Shown: one piece after another, positions 58,474-64,000 of the stretch
Layout: each line of letters opens with the position of its first letter
How positions within the stretch are numbered: position 1 is the first letter of the stretch
DNA from: Pseudomonadota bacterium
GTDB taxonomy: Bacteria; Bdellovibrionota; Bdellovibrionia; Bdellovibrionales; Bdellovibrionaceae
DNA: 64,000 nucleotides
Reading direction: 5' to 3'
Assembly: GCA_041178425.1 (NCBI GenBank)
Contig: JBEGVH010000014.1
Coordinates: forward strand, 32,001 to 96,000
Position numbers and translations under genes: made by a program
Notes under the pieces: generated by a model
What the model was told of the DNA's origin: nothing
The model's input: the letters and a program-made list of their open reading frames with translations, nothing else
Databases searched by the model: none

Positions 58474-58800
58474 CTAAAAGCGTTTCGCAAAAATGAGACC
58501 CATTCCACGCTCTTCTCCTTGACCCCAGCTTACTGGCTGAACGTCGAGCAGAGGCTCTTTGAAATCGCCCATGTTTTTAAAAATAGCGACAATCAAGCCA
58601 GCATAAAGACCAAGGGAGGCCCCTTTAGCCACAGGCGCCAGGTTTGAGCCAGGGTCTTCTGAGAGAGCAATAGCCGTCCCACCGGCCAGGGCTCCTGCAA
58701 CAATGCCGTAAGTACCGTATCGAAAACCGTCCTGAAAAGGTTCGGCCTTACAACTAAGGCCGCTAGCGAATAGAATCAGACTAAAAATGATTTGCTTCAT
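58474..58800 (-). CDS. Small secreted or membrane hypothetical protein with glycine-zipper helices
   Basis: Signal peptide, YGIVAGALAGG, GASLGLYAG, C-terminal F. Confidence 0.7.
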   Translation of the reverse strand: MKQIIFSLILFASGLSCKAEPFQDGFRYGTYGIVAGALAGGTAIALSEDPGSNLAPVAKGASLGLYAGLIVAIFKNMGDFKEPLLDVQPVSWGQGEERGMGLIFAKRF

Positions 58801-58873
58801 AAAATAAGTAAATCCTGTTTACTGAACTGAGACAACAGATATTCGCCTTTAAAAAAACGATACACATTCCCAG

Positions 58874-58890
58874 TATCTCAAAATGAGACG
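58874..58890. promoter_or_regulatory. Palindromic box TATCTCA-AAA-TGAGACG
   Basis: Best single match to the recurring motif. About 75 bp upstream of the sigma-54-like TGTCAC-GGCTT-TTGCA (58965-58980). Confidence 0.55.
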
Positions 58891-58992
58891 TCAATTTTTT
58901 TAAATCAACTGTCGAAAACGTTGCTAGCCAGCAACTCCTTATAGTGCTTATAAGCGAAATCACATGTCACGGCTTTTGCAATACCAAAGGCT

Positions 58993-59841
58993 ATGAAGAC
59001 AGCAATAAAATACCTCATCGTACTTTTCATCATCGAAGAAGCTACCACCAGTCGTTTAATCCATTTTTTTTCGCCGCCCGCCAATCAGGAATTTCCAGTT
59101 GAGGCACAAAAAGTGAATCAACCTCAACGTCGAATAACAAAGCGGTATAAATCGAACCTGAAGAAACAATTCACTCTAGCAAAAGCTAAGAAACGTTTTT
59201 TAAAGGGGGATCGAACCATTGCTGCTGCAGCAGAAAAAGTAGCGAACCAAATGAACTACTCCGAACGATGCAAAAGCGATTTCATTAGTGCAGATGGCCT
59301 AGGTTCTCTGGGACAGTTCATCGATCGCGAGCTTTCAAAAAAACGTTACGGAAACCTCTTCTCGAATGAGCGGGCTTTTAAACAATTCTGCCCTGGGTTT
59401 GGATCCATGTCCAAACAAGACAAAAAAAATTTATGGGTCTTTTTAGTGATGTCGATGAGTCACTATGAGAGTAGTTGTCGCTCCAACGCAGAAGCTCAGG
59501 GGCCTAATGGAATAGCCAAGGGGCTTTTACAATTGCATTCGGGCTCCGAAAATAAATACTCACACTGGGACCAAAATAAAATCTGCCGAAGAGGAGACGC
59601 GCACGATCCAATTGAAAGCATACAGTGCACCCTATCAATGCTCGACGGACAAATTGAGCGGCATGATGCCCTCTTTTTTGAAGGGTCTTATTGGGATGTT
59701 CTACGAAAGTCTAGGAATCCCGATACTCACGCTTCTAAAATTAGAAAAGCTCTCAAAATGCTTCCGGGATGTGGCATAAAATCTTTTGCATCAGATCACC
59801 ACGACATTAGTCAATCCAATGGCGATCTCGCTTCGATCTGA
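58993..59841 (+). CDS. Lytic transglycosylase (SLT-like) domain protein
   Basis: MSHYESS (catalytic ES) followed by AKGLLQL. Confidence 0.75.
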   Translation: MKTAIKYLIVLFIIEEATTSRLIHFFSPPANQEFPVEAQKVNQPQRRITKRYKSNLKKQFTLAKAKKRFLKGDRTIAAAAEKVANQMNYSERCKSDFISADGLGSLGQFIDRELSKKRYGNLFSNERAFKQFCPGFGSMSKQDKKNLWVFLVMSMSHYESSCRSNAEAQGPNGIAKGLLQLHSGSENKYSHWDQNKICRRGDAHDPIESIQCTLSMLDGQIERHDALFFEGSYWDVLRKSRNPDTHASKIRKALKMLPGCGIKSFASDHHDISQSNGDLASI

Positions 59842-59960
59842 AAAGTCCTGCGGAGTCGGTAAATACTTAACCTTAATAGCAATTGTGGTAGCCTAGGAGA
59901 CTGATAGATTAGCAGCGATGGTCTCGCTGCACTTTAAGTCATTTTTTCTAAGGATGGAAT

Positions 59961-62900
59961 ATGACACACATCGGATCACGGTTCATGGCCTTTGGAACTC
60001 TCATTGTTCTCTTTGTAGCCTTTCAAAACTGTACACCTTCTGACCAAACCCAATTCAGTGGAATTTTTCACTCAAATAATTCGGAAAAACAAATTGAGAC
60101 ACTCTTTGAGAAAGCCTCGCCCGATTTTCCGATCGCCTCTGAAATTTCGGCTATTGAGCCTCAGGCAACATTACCACTTTTGTTTTCTAAACGACCAGAA
60201 CCACCAGCACTTCTTCATGAAGTGTTCGAAGTCGATATCACTCGCAACCCAGACGGCAGCATTCTTCAAACGGCTCCTCAATTTTATCGTCCGATTCGAC
60301 CCACCATTCCGCCAGTTCGCACCACCCACGATGGACGCTTGGGTTTCAACTCTTCTGATGAGCGTCTTTATCTTTTAGCACCTGAAAAAATAACCAGGCC
60401 TTTTCCTTTGAGTGAGCCGGGTCTGAATATTCTTACAAATTCTGATGGATGGCAAAGCCACTGGACACACTTTTTAGAAAAATCGACGGACCCCATTGAA
60501 TCGGGTTTCACTGGTGGGGCCATTTGTAATCATGTGAGGGAATCGGAACAGCCGCGAAAATGTGGAATCAATGACTGTTACGATGTTACATTCATGGGCT
60601 TCCGCACGATCAAGAGTCAAAGTAATCCCAACGGTAATTTAGATCGTGGTTATTTTCGCAGTAGAAAAATAGTTATTGAAGTAGAAAACCCAAAGACTCC
60701 CAATGCTAGAATCCGCGATGTTCGATTAGCTACTCACGATGAACTCAAAGAAAAACCAGACCCAATCGAAATGGACTACAACATTAGCAATTCAAACTTC
60801 GCCTCGTTCGAACCTATGGTAACAAACGATGGAAGACTCTTTGTTGCGAGAGCCAACTTTGTTGCGATCAAAAAGATCGACGATGCCGTGTCGTCTGGAG
60901 ATAACGATGTCGACATCTACTTCATGGTGGCTCCACTTGAGGCCGAACCCTGTGATGCTAGTCAATTTTCCTACGTCAAACGCATTCAACGGGCGCCCTT
61001 TGATCCCGACATGAAAAATCCAAAAACGGGCAAGGCACGCTACGGAATTGCGGAATATCCCATGCGTGACTCCTTCGGAAACTTTATACCTGAAGATGCG
61101 ATGTTTCCGACCTACCCTTGGATTGACCGCGCTGGCAATAATCTTTTCTTCGCCTCTGGAGGCAGCACACTGTTTAGCTACGACTGGAAATTTAATAAGG
61201 TCCCCACAGATGCTCCAGAGAGATCGGCAGTAGAGCAAGAAAGACTCCCGAAATCGTCTCGCTATCCTTCTCGCTGTATTGAAGGAGTCAAAAACTGTGA
61301 TTCCTCGCCTTACAACCCTGAGTCGCCCGAACACGTTCGCGGTTTTGCCATGATTGGCTCTTGGACCCACGGAAAAACGGTCGTTCTCGACGGTATGATT
61401 AACCATACAGATTATGGTTTAAAAAGAGGCCTGCAATTTCAGAGAGAAATAAACTTATATCAATCAAATCGTCAGTACGACGGTTGGGTGCGCGTTGGAG
61501 CAGGGCGCGATTCTGGATCAACTGGCTCAGGCCTTGATAACAAAATTGAAAGCCTATCTGAAAATGCTGAAATAAAAGGAATGGGACCAAACTCTAACAC
61601 TCTCGGATCACTTGAAAATTTAATGAATACCTATCGCTACTTGCGCCCTACTTTACCTCGCAGTCTTGTTTGGACCATCAATAATTCTGTTGGTAGCGAC
61701 GAAATCGCCTTCGATGACTATATCGATAATCGTAGCCTCATTGTATCGAGTATGATTGCTGGTGTAGAATTTATCAATGCTCCTAACTCGCGTTCCGATC
61801 GCTGGTACTACCGAGATGGTTTCGATGGCGAAAATGATAATATTGTTGATAAGCAGAGCCGCGCCATACTGATTCAAAACGCAGCAACTTCTCTAACTCT
61901 TCCGATTCCTCCTTTTGGTTATTTGAGCGCAGGTCGAGTGGAGCCCGTTGCGCTCGGAGGTATTCATGGAAGAGGCCTCTGGCTTGATGGTAGCAATTCT
62001 CTCAGTTACGAATTTTCGACATCAATAACGTCTTCGGAGCTCTTTCTTTCGATCTTCTTTGATAACCGAAGTACTAATGAAAACTTCAGACAACTGATTG
62101 GTTTTCCGGATGGCACGAGAGTTTTTCTTAATTCAACTAAATTAAAGATAAAAAACAACGAGTTTCAATTTGAGGTTCCATTGACGAGCAAAAAATCAAA
62201 TTGGACTCATCTGGGTTTAGCTATTGCAGCCGATGGGAAATCAGGAGCGATTTATTTTAATGGAATGAAAAAACAAAGTTTTACCAGTAATAAACCAATT
62301 TTCAGAATAGAGAATTCAAAAGACAAAATTATTTTGACCATTGGAAAACAAAACGCCCGTGATCCTATGGGTGGCTTTCGCGGTTGGATTGATGAACTGA
62401 AACTTTTCTCCTATATCCCCAGTTCAGAGGTTATTTGCAACCACGCCTTTGGATCGCTTCATTGGCTTAAAGAAGAAGCCACGACTCAATGGCTAGAAGT
62501 GAGCGATAGTTTTCCATTAGAAACTCACAATGAGATATTCAACGAGTTGCCCTCTCACTTCACCAGAGAACAAAACATTTCTCCAAAGGCACGCTTTGTA
62601 TGCACCACCGATTATAAAGACTCCATGGGACTCTATCGTTCACGCTTGCGACATTCAGAAGGGCTTCTTTCATTACGTGATGTACTTTTCTTTTCTATCC
62701 CTAAAGAGGATTCCTCGATTGAAGATGGTCGCCCTCTATGGAACACAAAGAGCATGGATTATAGGAATAACCAGAACTGTTCTGCTTGTCACAACGCCGA
62801 GGAACGAAGGGGTCTAGACCTCGCATCCCTCGAGGCCACTTCGTTTTGTGCACTCAGCGATAAGCGCGAATCTCATTTTTTGGGTCCACGCTACCTTTCT

Positions 62901-63134
62901 GGTCAGGTCACCGATGAACAGCTTCGCGCGATTGATCCTTTTCATGAGCAGTTGAATAAATTTGTAGACCCTCGATCAGGAAGTCTAATGACTCGACCTA
63001 TGCTTTTATCAAGCCGAGCAGGAGTTTCATGTTTGGGCTTCACTCCCAACTCCACACTTCCAAGTCTTACAACAGAAAATACATCGTCGATTATTTTTAA
63101 ACAGGAGCAGATGAGTCCGCCTACCAAAAGGTAG
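59961..63134 (+). CDS. Large FQNC-type lipoprotein with LamG-like domain and a CxxCH heme motif
   Basis: FVAFQNC, WTHLGL...IYFNG...FRGWIDELKLF (LamG), CSACH at 62778-62792. Confidence 0.7.
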   Translation: MTHIGSRFMAFGTLIVLFVAFQNCTPSDQTQFSGIFHSNNSEKQIETLFEKASPDFPIASEISAIEPQATLPLLFSKRPEPPALLHEVFEVDITRNPDGSILQTAPQFYRPIRPTIPPVRTTHDGRLGFNSSDERLYLLAPEKITRPFPLSEPGLNILTNSDGWQSHWTHFLEKSTDPIESGFTGGAICNHVRESEQPRKCGINDCYDVTFMGFRTIKSQSNPNGNLDRGYFRSRKIVIEVENPKTPNARIRDVRLATHDELKEKPDPIEMDYNISNSNFASFEPMVTNDGRLFVARANFVAIKKIDDAVSSGDNDVDIYFMVAPLEAEPCDASQFSYVKRIQRAPFDPDMKNPKTGKARYGIAEYPMRDSFGNFIPEDAMFPTYPWIDRAGNNLFFASGGSTLFSYDWKFNKVPTDAPERSAVEQERLPKSSRYPSRCIEGVKNCDSSPYNPESPEHVRGFAMIGSWTHGKTVVLDGMINHTDYGLKRGLQFQREINLYQSNRQYDGWVRVGAGRDSGSTGSGLDNKIESLSENAEIKGMGPNSNTLGSLENLMNTYRYLRPTLPRSLVWTINNSVGSDEIAFDDYIDNRSLIVSSMIAGVEFINAPNSRSDRWYYRDGFDGENDNIVDKQSRAILIQNAATSLTLPIPPFGYLSAGRVEPVALGGIHGRGLWLDGSNSLSYEFSTSITSSELFLSIFFDNRSTNENFRQLIGFPDGTRVFLNSTKLKIKNNEFQFEVPLTSKKSNWTHLGLAIAADGKSGAIYFNGMKKQSFTSNKPIFRIENSKDKIILTIGKQNARDPMGGFRGWIDELKLFSYIPSSEVICNHAFGSLHWLKEEATTQWLEVSDSFPLETHNEIFNELPSHFTREQNISPKARFVCTTDYKDSMGLYRSRLRHSEGLLSLRDVLFFSIPKEDSSIEDGRPLWNTKSMDYRNNQNCSACHNAEERRGLDLASLEATSFCALSDKRESHFLGPRYLSGQVTDEQLRAIDPFHEQLNKFVDPRSGSLMTRPMLLSSRAGVSCLGFTPNSTLPSLTTENTSSIIFKQEQMSPPTKR

Positions 63135-63190
63135 CGGTAATCATCACTGACGGCCTTTGAAACTTTTTCTTCTTAGGCCGACTCCTTTGT

Positions 63191-64000
63191 TTAAACTCGC
63201 AAGGTCAAGGTTGTTTCATTTTGGTAATTAACCCGCCCCAACTTATCACCCTTAATGGGCTTCACATAGCGACACTCGGTAACGATCACATCGTAGCGAT
63301 CTCCCTCAATCACTTTTTTCTTTCCGATGGTTTCTTTTAATAACCAGAGGGCCGCCTGAACAAGAAGTTGATGATCGACATTTTTTTGGCGAGGACGACG
63401 AACAATCAAGTGTGATCCTGGTAAATCACGCAAATGAAGCCACAAATCCCAACCCTGGGCCCGTCTTAGGAGGGCCATATTATCTTTTGCGGATTTGCCA
63501 AAAACGGCTTCGATACCTTCAGAGAGAATAAGTTTTCTCCCCTTCGCTTTTGCTTTACTTAGGAGCTCCCCGGCCAGAGATTTAACCGGGCGGCCAGGTG
63601 TATCCGCGATTGAGTGGGATTCCGATTGCAACTCATCAATTTCATTTACAAGATGCTCGATTCGCTCAATCATTTGCTCTTTTCTTTTTTCTTGCAGCTT
63701 ATGCCTGTCGAAACATCTTTGCATATTGGCGTTCAGGGGTATTGCAGGATCAATCAGTTTCGCCCAATCTTCGGGAACCTCGATACTTTGATGGATTTTT
63801 AGATATTCTCCAACTGCCAACCAAGGTTTATCCATAGATTTTAAATCATCCTGCAATTTATTGATCAGAGATTGTTTTTTTGCGACCTCTTTTTGTTTCC
63901 TTTTTTCTTTAACATCTAATTCGTCGACGGCTACTTTTTTACTGCTGCCTCCTAGAATTGCCCCCATCCAATCATCGAGATAACCCTCGATATCGAAAGA
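63191..64000 (-). CDS. NFACT/Rqc2-like protein, C-terminal part (5' end outside the window)
   Basis: GKSAKDN...DLWLHLRDLPGSHLIV (NFACT-R domain). Confidence 0.8.
   Translation of the reverse strand, partial: SFDIEGYLDDWMGAILGGSSKKVAVDELDVKEKRKQKEVAKKQSLINKLQDDLKSMDKPWLAVGEYLKIHQSIEVPEDWAKLIDPAIPLNANMQRCFDRHKLQEKRKEQMIERIEHLVNEIDELQSESHSIADTPGRPVKSLAGELLSKAKAKGRKLILSEGIEAVFGKSAKDNMALLRRAQGWDLWLHLRDLPGSHLIVRRPRQKNVDHQLLVQAALWLLKETIGKKKVIEGDRYDVIVTECRYVKPIKGDKLGRVNYQNETTLTLRV

Noticed and set aside
560..63837. Many short antisense or alternate-frame ORFs (for example 19192-19902, 60792-61406, 14214-14684)
   Set aside because: Shadows of well-supported genes, with no motifs or ribosome-binding sites.
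1..64000. CRISPR arrays, tRNA/rRNA, IS elements, prophage, recognisable defence systems
   Set aside because: No spaced direct repeats, cloverleafs, transposase/integrase or phage genes were seen by eye.

Overview
Gene-dense bacterial chromosomal segment, most likely from a Bdellovibrionota predator. The basis is a Bdellovibrio-type PutA, a FabMG-type enoyl-ACP reductase, three GYF_2-PilZ proteins, an FQNC-type lipoprotein and many secreted hypothetical proteins. About 60 CDS are present. Housekeeping genes include uup, kup, hslO, putA, an msbA-like exporter, an M17 aminopeptidase, bamB/yfgM-like genes, leucine dehydrogenase and an NFACT protein. They are interspersed with secreted hydrolases and hypotheticals. 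I saw no rRNA, tRNA, CRISPR array, transposase or prophage. The most notable unexplained signals are: (1) a consensus sigma-54 promoter with tandem upstream palindromes and an IHF-like site, firing into a structured, C-rich, gene-free region (candidate sRNA, about 16361-16490); (2) a recurring NtrC-like 17-bp palindrome, TGTCTCA-N3-TGAGACA, often near sigma-54 promoters of secreted proteins, with a FliA-driven stand-alone Fis-HTH protein as candidate binder; (3) a 1129-aa secreted protein with a beta-pore-forming-toxin-like Ser/Thr hairpin; (4) candidate hydrolase/partner gene pairs; (5) a heme-c/LamG lipoprotein. All family calls come from motif recognition by eye, not from database searches.
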